A DNA stretch of 22,751 bases from Candidatus Eiseniibacteriota bacterium. GTDB lineage: Bacteria; Eisenbacteria; RBG-16-71-46. The translations under genes and the position numbers were made by a program. Under the pieces are notes generated by a model, which was not told where the DNA came from, searched no databases, and was given only the letters and a program-made list of their open reading frames with translations. The stretch covers positions 1 through 22,751 of the forward strand of contig JANLWX010000053.1 in assembly GCA_031364845.1 (NCBI GenBank). Reading direction: 5' to 3'. The number at the start of each line of letters is the position of its first letter. Within the stretch, counting starts at the first letter, position 1. This document shows, in pieces, positions 16,055-22,751 of the stretch.

Positions 16055-16154
16055 GAACCCGTCCGAGTCGTCCGCACACGCCCAGTTCCTGCCACCAATT
16101 CATCCCTCGATGCGTCGCGAGGAAAGGGTCCGATCCTAAAGGCCGGACAGCCTG

Positions 16155-16907
16155 CTAGATCGTTCCCGTGCTCTCAGGGAGTCCCAGCGGCCGCGTGAGT
16201 GGAAACGCATCGACGCGCGTGATGGGGACCCCGCCGCATTCGAGTCCCTCGGGTTGCTCCGCGGTCGCGTGCGCGAGTACCGCGAGTCCGGTCCAGCCCG
16301 CGCCGTCAGGCGTCGCGCTCGTGAGACGTCCAACTCGGGCTTCGTCGCGCGTCACATCGATTGCGACCTCGGGTGCCGCTCCCGTGCCTGCGACGAGCGC
16401 GAGCCGCCGCCGCACGCTCTTGTAGGTCATGAGTCGCATCAGCGCTTCCTGGCCCGTGAAGCAGCCCTTGCTCAGATGCACTTCGTGGGAACGCCCGATC
16501 TCGAACGGCGTGAATTCCTCCGCGATCTCGTGACCGTGACGCGGCGCGCCGGAGAGGATGCGGTCGAGTTCGTTCGCGAAGCGCTCGGCGGCGGGGAGCG
16601 CGGGCGCTTCCGCGGCGCCGGTTGCGTCGTCGAACTTCACGTCCTCACGGAACACGCTGCGGTCGACGAACGCCGCGAGATCGGCGGCGGGAGCATCGGC
16701 GCGCAGCAGCCACACGATGCCCGCTTCGGCATGCGCCACCCACGCGCGATGCAGCAGACGGCCGCGGAAGTCGCAGAACATCGTCGCGCGCCCGTCGCCC
16801 GGGGCGAGATCCATGAGCGACTGTGTCGAGATGCGGTGCAGAACCTCGAGTGCGTCGCGGCCGCGAAGGCGCAGCGCGGGAGTCGGGGTTGCGGGAACGG
16901 AGTTCAT
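16155..16907 (-). CDS. ygfZ: YgfZ/GcvT-family folate-binding protein (short form)
   Basis: ATG 16907. LRGRDALEVLHRIST (G.DA..FL...T-like), D.RGR, FREDV, and signature KGCFTGQE; then RRRL and VGRLTS. Confidence 0.8.
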   Translation of the reverse strand: MNSVPATPTPALRLRGRDALEVLHRISTQSLMDLAPGDGRATMFCDFRGRLLHRAWVAHAEAGIVWLLRADAPAADLAAFVDRSVFREDVKFDDATGAAEAPALPAAERFANELDRILSGAPRHGHEIAEEFTPFEIGRSHEVHLSKGCFTGQEALMRLMTYKSVRRRLALVAGTGAAPEVAIDVTRDEARVGRLTSATPDGAGWTGLAVLAHATAEQPEGLECGGVPITRVDAFPLTRPLGLPESTGTI

Positions 16908-17109
16908 GGCGCGAAGCGTACTCCACGCTGCGGTCCCCGGGAATGTAGGGCGCGGCGTGGCCGCTGATCTTCCTTGTCGCTCAGCGGGAGATGTCCCATG
17001 GGGGGACATAATCACGTTGCAGTTAAGGGAGGACAGAATCATCTGGCATCTACACGATTCGCTCTTCGCTGGCGATCGATCGATCCTCCGCGCTACAGTG
17101 CCCGGCACC

Positions 17110-18174
17110 ATGACCGCCACGACGACGTCTCTCTCCGATCTTCTGACCACGCTGGTCAACCTGCCGAGCGAAACCGGGAACGAAGCCGCGATCGCGGAGT
17201 TCGTCACCACGCGGCTGCGCGCGGCCGGGAGCGGCGAGATCCTCCGGGCCGCGAACAACGTCGTGTGGCGCGGTCCGCAGCGCGGGCGTCCGCTGGTCGT
17301 GCTCGCCGGGCATCTCGATACGGTTCCCGCGCAGGGCAACGCGGTCGCGCGCATCGATGCGGGCAAGCTGTTCGGCGTCGGGACCAGCGACATGAAGTCC
17401 GGCGACGCGGTGATGCTGGCGCTGGTCGAGACGCTCGATCCCAACGCACTGCGTTTCGATCTCGCGGTCGTGTTCTACGAGGCCGAGGAAGGCCCCGCCG
17501 AGAACAACGGCTTGCGTCGCGTGCTCGACGAGATGCCGTGGCTGCGAGACGCCGCGCTCGCCGTGCTGCTCGAGCCGACCGATCTCAAGGTCGAGTTGGG
17601 ATGCAACGGCGTGATGAATGCCGAAGTGCGCGTCGCGGGGAAGAGTGCGCACAGCGCTCGTCCGTGGGCCGGCATCAACGCGGTCGAGCGCGCGGCGGCG
17701 TGGCTCGTCGAAGTGACGAAAGTCCCGGTCGTGCCGAAGCAGCTGTTCGGGGTCGAGTACGTCGAGACGCTGCAGATGACCACACTGCGCGCCGGGCGCA
17801 CGCGCAACGTCGTGCCCGACGAACTGGTCGCGAATCTCAACTACCGCTTCACACCCGACATGTCGCTCGCGGACGCCGAGCGTTCGTTGCGCGCGCGCGT
17901 GCCGGCCGACTTCGAGTTCCGCGTGGTCGATGCCGCACCCGCGGGCAAGGTGTCGCTCGACTCGAACGTGGTGCAGGAGTTCGTCGCGCGCTCGAGCGCG
18001 AAGCTCGCGGGCAAGCAGGGCTGGACCGACGTCGCGCGCTTCACTGCCGCCGGGATTCCGGCGTTCAACTTTGGTCCGGGATTGCCGGAGCTGTGCCATC
18101 AGGCCGGCGAGTACTGTCCGATCGCGAATCTCGAACCGGCGTATCGAATCCTCGCGGAGTTCCTCGCTTCATGA
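17110..18174 (+). CDS. dapE: Succinyl-diaminopimelate desuccinylase (M20 metallopeptidase)
   Basis: ATG 17110. AGHLDTVP, GTSDMKSG, YEAEE, LEPT, GKSAHSARPW.G.NA, NVVPD, NYRF.P, KQGWTDVARF, NFGPG...HQ..E. Lies in an operon with dapC and dapD. Confidence 0.88.
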   Translation: MTATTTSLSDLLTTLVNLPSETGNEAAIAEFVTTRLRAAGSGEILRAANNVVWRGPQRGRPLVVLAGHLDTVPAQGNAVARIDAGKLFGVGTSDMKSGDAVMLALVETLDPNALRFDLAVVFYEAEEGPAENNGLRRVLDEMPWLRDAALAVLLEPTDLKVELGCNGVMNAEVRVAGKSAHSARPWAGINAVERAAAWLVEVTKVPVVPKQLFGVEYVETLQMTTLRAGRTRNVVPDELVANLNYRFTPDMSLADAERSLRARVPADFEFRVVDAAPAGKVSLDSNVVQEFVARSSAKLAGKQGWTDVARFTAAGIPAFNFGPGLPELCHQAGEYCPIANLEPAYRILAEFLAS

Positions 18175-19352
18175 GTGCGCCCCGGCCTGCCGCGCACGTC
18201 GTGATTCCCGGACCGCTCAACCCGCTGCTCGAAGGCCCGGGCGAGTATCCGTTCGTGCGGCTCGACCGCCGTGCCGCGGAGCTTACGCCGCCCGGCGTCC
18301 AGGCGATCAACTTCAGCATCGGCGATCCGCGCGAGCGCACGCCGTCGTTCATCCGCGAGACGTTGCGCGACGCGGTGCCCGAGGTGTCGAGCTATCCCGC
18401 GGTCGCGGGTGTTCCGGCGCTGCGGGCCGCGGCGGCGGGCTGGCTCGCGCGACGCTTCGGCGTCACGATCGATCCCGACACGGAACTGTTGCCCGTGAAC
18501 GGCACCAAGGAAGGCGTGTTCCTGCTCGCCTTCGCCACACTCGGACGCGACTCGGCGCGCAACGTCGTCGTGATCCCGACGCCGGCGTATCCGGTCTATG
18601 CGCCGGCCGCGCGATTCGCGGGCGGCGAGCCGTATGAAGTGCCGCTGCGCTCGGAGGATGGTTGGAAGTTTCGCCTCGACTCGGTGCCCGAAGCGATCTG
18701 GCAGCGCACGGCACTGCTGTGGCTCAACACGCCGCACAATCCGACCGGCGCGATGCTCGACCTCCAAACGCTCGCGACGATCGCCGAGCACGCGCGCAAT
18801 CACGGCTACTGGGTGGCCTCCGACGAAGCGTATGCCGAAGTGTTCTTCGACGATGCGCCGCATTCGATGCTCGAGTGCGGCACCGACAACGTGATCGCGT
18901 TCCACACGCTGAGCAAGCGCTCCGCGATGACCGGCTATCGGTCGGGCTTCATGGCGGGCGACGAACGCCTGATCGCGGCACTGCGGCGCTTCCGGCCCAA
19001 CGTTGGCGTCGCCACGCCCGAGTTCGTGCAGCGCGCGGCGATTGCGGCGTGGGACGACGATGCGCACGCCGCGGATCAGCGCGCGCTCTACCGCGCGAAG
19101 CGCGAGTTGATGCTCGCCGACTTCACGGCGCGCGGCTGGCAGGTCGAGGCGAGCGAGGCGACGTTCTATCTATGGGCGCGCGCGCCGGGCGGCGACGATG
19201 TCGGCTTCGTCGAGCGCCTGATGCGCGCCGGCGTGCTCGCGACTCCGGGCTCGTTCCTCGGCGAGGCGGGAACCGGCTTCGTGCGCTGGGCGCTGGTGCC
19301 CACGCTCGATCAATGCCAGGAAGCGCTCGCACGCATGAAGGACATCCGATGA
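18171..19352 (+). CDS. dapC: N-succinyldiaminopimelate aminotransferase (PLP-dependent, class I/II)
   Basis: ATG 18171 overlaps the dapE stop (ATGA). YPF..L, IGDP, YP...G...LR, GTKE, P.YPVY, N.PHNPTG, SDEAY, TLSKRS.MTGYRSG (PLP lysine), PGSFL, RWALV. Confidence 0.85.
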   Translation: MSAPRPAAHVVIPGPLNPLLEGPGEYPFVRLDRRAAELTPPGVQAINFSIGDPRERTPSFIRETLRDAVPEVSSYPAVAGVPALRAAAAGWLARRFGVTIDPDTELLPVNGTKEGVFLLAFATLGRDSARNVVVIPTPAYPVYAPAARFAGGEPYEVPLRSEDGWKFRLDSVPEAIWQRTALLWLNTPHNPTGAMLDLQTLATIAEHARNHGYWVASDEAYAEVFFDDAPHSMLECGTDNVIAFHTLSKRSAMTGYRSGFMAGDERLIAALRRFRPNVGVATPEFVQRAAIAAWDDDAHAADQRALYRAKRELMLADFTARGWQVEASEATFYLWARAPGGDDVGFVERLMRAGVLATPGSFLGEAGTGFVRWALVPTLDQCQEALARMKDIR

Positions 19353-20182
19353 GCGGCGACTACCCGCTCGATCGCTGGCGCGAGAAGATCGCCGCCGCGT
19401 ACGCCGGAACGCAGCCGCTCGATGCGCCCGCCGTGCGCGGCGCGGTCGAGGGCGCGATGGCGGCACTCGATGCCGGCGATGTGCGCATCGCCGAGCCGCA
19501 CGGCGACGGCTGGATCACGAACGGATGGCTTCAGCAGGCGATCTCCTTGTACTTCCGCATGCGGATCTCGGTGACGATCGAAGTCGGACCGTTCGAGTAT
19601 CACGACAAGATCCCGCTCAAGCACAATCTCGAGGCTGCCGGCGTGCGCGTCGTGCCGCCGGGAGTGGCGCGTTACACCAGTTTCCTCGAACGTGGCGTGA
19701 TCCTGATGCCGGGCTACGTCAACGTCGGCGCGCGCGTGGGTGAGGGATCCATGGTCGACACGTGGGCAACGGTGGGTTCGTGCGCCCAGATCGGCCGGCG
19801 CGTGCATCTGTCCGGTGGCGTGGGAATCGGTGGCGTGCTCGAGCCGCCGCAGGCGCAGCCGGTGATCATCGAAGACGATTGCTTCATCGGCTCGCGCGCG
19901 ATCGTCGTCGAAGGCGTGCGGGTGCGGAAGGGTGCGGTGCTCGGCGCGGGCGTGGTGCTGACCGCCTCGACGCCGATCGTCGATGTGACCGGCGACACGC
20001 CGGTCGTGACGCGGGGTGTGGTGCCCGAGCGCGCGGTCGTGATCCCGGGCTCGATGCCGAAACGTTTTCCGGCGGGTGAGTTCGGAACGCCATGCGCGCT
20101 CCTGATCGGCCAGCGCAAGGAATCGACCGACACGAAAACTTCGCTCAATCAAGCGCTGCGCGAGCACGGCGTCGCAGTCTAG
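19349..20182 (+). CDS. dapD: 2,3,4,5-tetrahydropyridine-2,6-dicarboxylate N-succinyltransferase
   Basis: ATG 19349 overlaps the dapC stop (ATGA). LD.G.VRIAE, DKIPLK, RVVPPG.AR, VDTWATVGSCAQIG, HLSGGVGIGGVLEP, IIEDDCFIG.R, G.VP..AVVIPG. Confidence 0.96.
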   Translation: MSGDYPLDRWREKIAAAYAGTQPLDAPAVRGAVEGAMAALDAGDVRIAEPHGDGWITNGWLQQAISLYFRMRISVTIEVGPFEYHDKIPLKHNLEAAGVRVVPPGVARYTSFLERGVILMPGYVNVGARVGEGSMVDTWATVGSCAQIGRRVHLSGGVGIGGVLEPPQAQPVIIEDDCFIGSRAIVVEGVRVRKGAVLGAGVVLTASTPIVDVTGDTPVVTRGVVPERAVVIPGSMPKRFPAGEFGTPCALLIGQRKESTDTKTSLNQALREHGVAV

Positions 20183-20252
20183 GCTGTGTCCGAGAACTTC
20201 GTTTGCCTGCTGGCGGTAGGTCGAGTTCAAGCGATACACTCCGGTCGCATTC

Positions 20253-20291
20253 GGCGGTCGGCCCGCTTCGGGCCGGCCGCCTTCGATCTTT
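20253..20291 (+). terminator. Strong GC hairpin with an imperfect U-tract (terminator or leader hairpin)
   Basis: GGCGGTCGGCCC-gcttc-GGGCCGGCCGCC (12 bp, one G-U) followed by TTCGATCTTT, between dapD and folB. Confidence 0.5.
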
Positions 20292-20312
20292 CGGGATGCA
20301 GCAGGAGGTAGC

Positions 20313-20672
20313 TTGGCCATCATCCGTCTCGAAGGCCTGTCGGTGTTCGGCCACCATGGGGCCCGGCCCTATGAGAAGGAAGCGGGACAGCGGCTCGAGG
20401 TCGATCTGGAACTGAACCCGATCGACGATCGCGCCGAGTCCAGCGACCGGCTCGCCGATGCCGTAGACTACGACCATCTCTATCGCACGGTGCGCGAGGT
20501 GGTCGAAGGCAAGAGCTTCCATCTGCTCGAAGCACTGGCGGCGGCGACCGCCACCACGATCCTCGAGCGCTTCAACGTGAGGCGGGTGAAAGTGCGGATC
20601 TCGAAGCAGAACCTCGGCTGGACCACCGGCGGCCGGGCGGTGATCGAAGTGGAGAGGACGCGGCAGGAATGA
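20313..20672 (+). CDS. folB: Dihydroneopterin aldolase
   Basis: AGGAGG RBS and TTG start. FGHHG....E...GQR.EVD, SDRL..AVDY, F.LLE.LA, and Lys in RISK. Confidence 0.93.
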   Translation: MAIIRLEGLSVFGHHGARPYEKEAGQRLEVDLELNPIDDRAESSDRLADAVDYDHLYRTVREVVEGKSFHLLEALAAATATTILERFNVRRVKVRISKQNLGWTTGGRAVIEVERTRQE

Positions 20673-21166
20673 AGGCCTTCATCGGACTGGGTTCCAATCT
20701 CGGCGAGCGCGAGACCATGATTCGCATGGCGCTCGACGATCTCGCGCGGCTGCCGACCACGCGGCTGGTCAAGGCTTCGTCGCTCTACGACACCGAGCCG
20801 GTCGGCGATGTCGAGCAGCCGAACTTTCTCAACGCCGTGGCGCTGATCGACACCGAGTTGACCGCGCGCCAGGTGCTGTGGAATCTGCTGCTGATCGAGA
20901 AGCGGCTCGGACGCGTGCGCACCGCGCGTCGCTACGGACCCCGCACCATCGACCTCGACCTCTTGCTCTACGGCAACCTGGTCGTCGACGAAGCCGATCT
21001 GCAGATTCCGCATCCCGAACTCACGAAACGTTCGTTCGTACTCGTGCCGCTGGTCGAACTCGACCCGCTGCTCGTCCATCCGGTGTCCGGTGACACGCTG
21101 CTCAACCACCTGTCGCGGCTCGATGACCGGCCGCCGGTGCGGCGCGGCAACCGGCTCTGGAACTGA
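20669..21166 (+). CDS. folK: 2-amino-4-hydroxy-6-hydroxymethyldihydropteridine diphosphokinase
   Basis: IGLGSNLG, SSLY.TEP.G...QP.FLN, IE..LGR.R, GPRTIDLDLL, IPHP....R.FVL.PL. Confidence 0.97.
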   Translation: MKAFIGLGSNLGERETMIRMALDDLARLPTTRLVKASSLYDTEPVGDVEQPNFLNAVALIDTELTARQVLWNLLLIEKRLGRVRTARRYGPRTIDLDLLLYGNLVVDEADLQIPHPELTKRSFVLVPLVELDPLLVHPVSGDTLLNHLSRLDDRPPVRRGNRLWN

Positions 21167-21197
21167 CCTCCTAAAGGAACGCTCCCCGAACCCGCGC

Positions 21198-21848
21198 ATG
21201 GCCGAGAATCGATACATCGTGGTAGAAGGGGTGATCGGGGCGGGCAAGACCAGCCTGTCGCGATTGCTGAGCGAGCGCCTGCAGGCGAAGCTCGTGCTCG
21301 AGGAAGTCGAGGAGAACCCGTTCCTCAAGGACTTCTATCAGGACCGCGAGCGCTTCGCGTTCCAGACCCAGATGCACTTCCTGTTCAGCCGCTACCAGCA
21401 GCAGCGCTCGTTGCGCCAGATGGATCTGTTCCACGAGCGCATGGTGGCCGATTATCTGTTCCAGAAGGACCGCATCTTCGCCGGGCTCAACCTGTCCGAG
21501 CGCGAGCTGGCGTTGTACGAGCGGCTGGTGGTGTGGCTCGAGTTGGACGTCATGAAGCCCGACGTCGTCGTCTATTTGCAGGCCAGCCCGGACACGCTCA
21601 TGATGCGCATCGGGCGTCGCGGACGGCCGTTCGAGCGCGACATGGAACGTGAATACATCCGCCAGCTGAACGAGGCGTACAACCACTTCTTCTTTCACTA
21701 CGTCGAAGCGCCGCTCCTGGTCGTGAACACGAACAGCATCGACTTCGTGAACAACCCCGAGGATTTCGAGGATCTGATGCACCGCATCCTCACGCACCGC
21801 CAGGGCACCACGTACTACGCTCCGATCGATCGCGGGGCCGCATCATGA
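21198..21848 (+). CDS. Deoxynucleoside kinase family protein
   Basis: ATG 21198. P-loop VEGVIGAGKT, E...NPFL..FY, Q..FL.SR, PDVVVYL, lid RGRPFE, Y...L...Y. Confidence 0.9.
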   Translation: MAENRYIVVEGVIGAGKTSLSRLLSERLQAKLVLEEVEENPFLKDFYQDRERFAFQTQMHFLFSRYQQQRSLRQMDLFHERMVADYLFQKDRIFAGLNLSERELALYERLVVWLELDVMKPDVVVYLQASPDTLMMRIGRRGRPFERDMEREYIRQLNEAYNHFFFHYVEAPLLVVNTNSIDFVNNPEDFEDLMHRILTHRQGTTYYAPIDRGAAS

Positions 21849-22678
21849 GCGGCGAACCCTCCGTGGGCGCGCGTACGCCGCGCGCAAAGATCACACCGCC
21901 GCAGGTGCTGGAGCTCAAGCGCAAGAGCGAGCCGATCACCGTGGTCACGGCGTACGACTTCCCGACCGCGCGCTTCGCGGACCAGGCGCAGGTCGAGATG
22001 ATCCTGGTCGGCGACAGCGTCGGCACCGTCGTGCTCGGCTACGACAGCACGCTGCCGGTGACGATGGAGGACATGCTCCACCACACGCGCGCGGTGACGC
22101 GCGCCCGGACCTCGGCACTCGTGATCGCGGACATGCCGTTCATGTCGTATCAGGTGAGCGTCGAGCAGGCGATCACGAACGCGGGCCGCCTGATCCAGGA
22201 AGGCGGCGCGGACGCGGTGAAGCTCGAAGGGGGTGAGCGCGTCGTTCCCGCGGTGCGACGGATCGTCGAGGCGGGCATTCCGGTGATGGGCCATCTCGGT
22301 CTCACGCCGCAGTCGGTGCTCGCGTTCGGTGGGTACAAGGTGCAGGGCCGGGGCGAGGCGGATCAGGAGCGGCTGCTGCGCGACGCGCAACTGCTCGAAG
22401 CCGCGGGATGCTTCTCGATCGTGCTCGAAGGTATTCCCTCGAAGCTCGGGACCGACGTGAGCCGCGCGCTGACGATTCCCACCATCGGAATCGGCGCCGG
22501 ACTTTCGTGCGATGGGCAGGTGCTCGTGAGTCACGATCTGCTCGGGCTCTACCTCGGGCACCAGCCGAAGTTCGTGCGCCGCTACGCAGAACTGGGGACC
22601 GCGACGCGCGAGGCGTTCGAGCGCTACGTCGCCGACGTGAAAGCCCGGCGGTTTCCGAGCGACCGGGAGTCGTATTGA
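21845..22678 (+). CDS. panB: 3-methyl-2-oxobutanoate hydroxymethyltransferase
   Basis: TAYD, ILVGDS, STLPVT..DM..H, ADMPF.SY, VKLEGG, GHLGLTPQ, GGYKVQG, IPTIGIGAG..CDGQVLV..D, PKF, FP. Confidence 0.97.
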   Translation: MSGEPSVGARTPRAKITPPQVLELKRKSEPITVVTAYDFPTARFADQAQVEMILVGDSVGTVVLGYDSTLPVTMEDMLHHTRAVTRARTSALVIADMPFMSYQVSVEQAITNAGRLIQEGGADAVKLEGGERVVPAVRRIVEAGIPVMGHLGLTPQSVLAFGGYKVQGRGEADQERLLRDAQLLEAAGCFSIVLEGIPSKLGTDVSRALTIPTIGIGAGLSCDGQVLVSHDLLGLYLGHQPKFVRRYAELGTATREAFERYVADVKARRFPSDRESY

Positions 22679-22681
22679 GCA

Positions 22682-22751
22682 ATGGCCGTGCGACCCGGCG
22701 CCCGCGCGGCGCGGGGAACGCCGCGGTCGTCGCCGGTCCGCGCAGGCGCCG
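22682..22751 (+). CDS. Possible start of the next operon gene (panC expected from gene order, not demonstrable here)
   Basis: ATG 3 nt after the panB stop, open to the window end (MAVRPGARAARGTPRSSPVRAGA). No diagnostic motif visible. Confidence 0.3.
   Translation, partial: MAVRPGARAARGTPRSSPVRAGA

Noticed and set aside
16052..16158. IS/MITE-end-like words (TAGGAACCCGTCCGAG, GGACAGCCTGCTAG; also TAGGCTGTGTCCGAGAAC at 20180 and TCCTAAAGG repeated near 16134 and 21169)
   Set aside because: No convincing paired terminal inverted repeats, target duplication or transposase. Matches are too short to support a mobile element.
16908..17109. Known lysine riboswitch, THF riboswitch or 6S RNA
   Set aside because: Could not match their consensus features by eye. 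Kept only as an unclassified structured element pending an Rfam search.
6110..21197. Long N-terminal extensions in the ORF track for tatC, coaX, both GT-C genes, ygfZ, dapE, dapC, dapD and dNK (apparent fusions)
   Set aside because: The extensions overlap upstream genes in other frames. Internal starts with ATGA/GTGA coupling, an RBS or family-typical N-termini fit better.
22682..22751. Calling panC
   Set aside because: Only 23 codons visible and no PanC motif (e.g. PTMG.LH.GH), so no gene symbol assigned.

Overview
Very GC-rich (roughly 70% by eye) bacterial chromosomal window, densely coding and mostly on the + strand. Left to right: two minus-strand exported-protein genes (a lipoprotein cut by the window edge and a carboxypeptidase-regulatory-like + FlgD/T9SS-CTD-like protein); uvrB - DUF1801 - TMEM175 K+ channel - alkyltransferase-like (ATL) gene; nadC - biotin ligase - tatC - coaX; two tandem paralogous multi-pass membrane proteins with GT-C/TMTC-like motifs and TPR-like tails; a divergent stand-alone groEL with no adjacent groES; a 59-aa membrane microprotein missing from the ORF track; a secreted 12-kelch-repeat protein with a FlgD/T9SS-CTD-like tail; a short ygfZ-like gene (minus) divergent from dapE-dapC-dapD; and folB-folK-deoxynucleoside kinase-panB. 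The high GC plus PNP-type C-terminal domains suggests an FCB-related lineage such as Candidatus Eisenbacteria (inference only). No rRNA, tRNA, CRISPR or transposase was seen. Best leads for something undescribed: the GT-C pair next to an orphan GroEL with altered inter-ring residues and a secreted beta-propeller, and a multi-hairpin, switch-like 200-nt element between ygfZ and dapE. All family calls come from motif recognition, not database searches.
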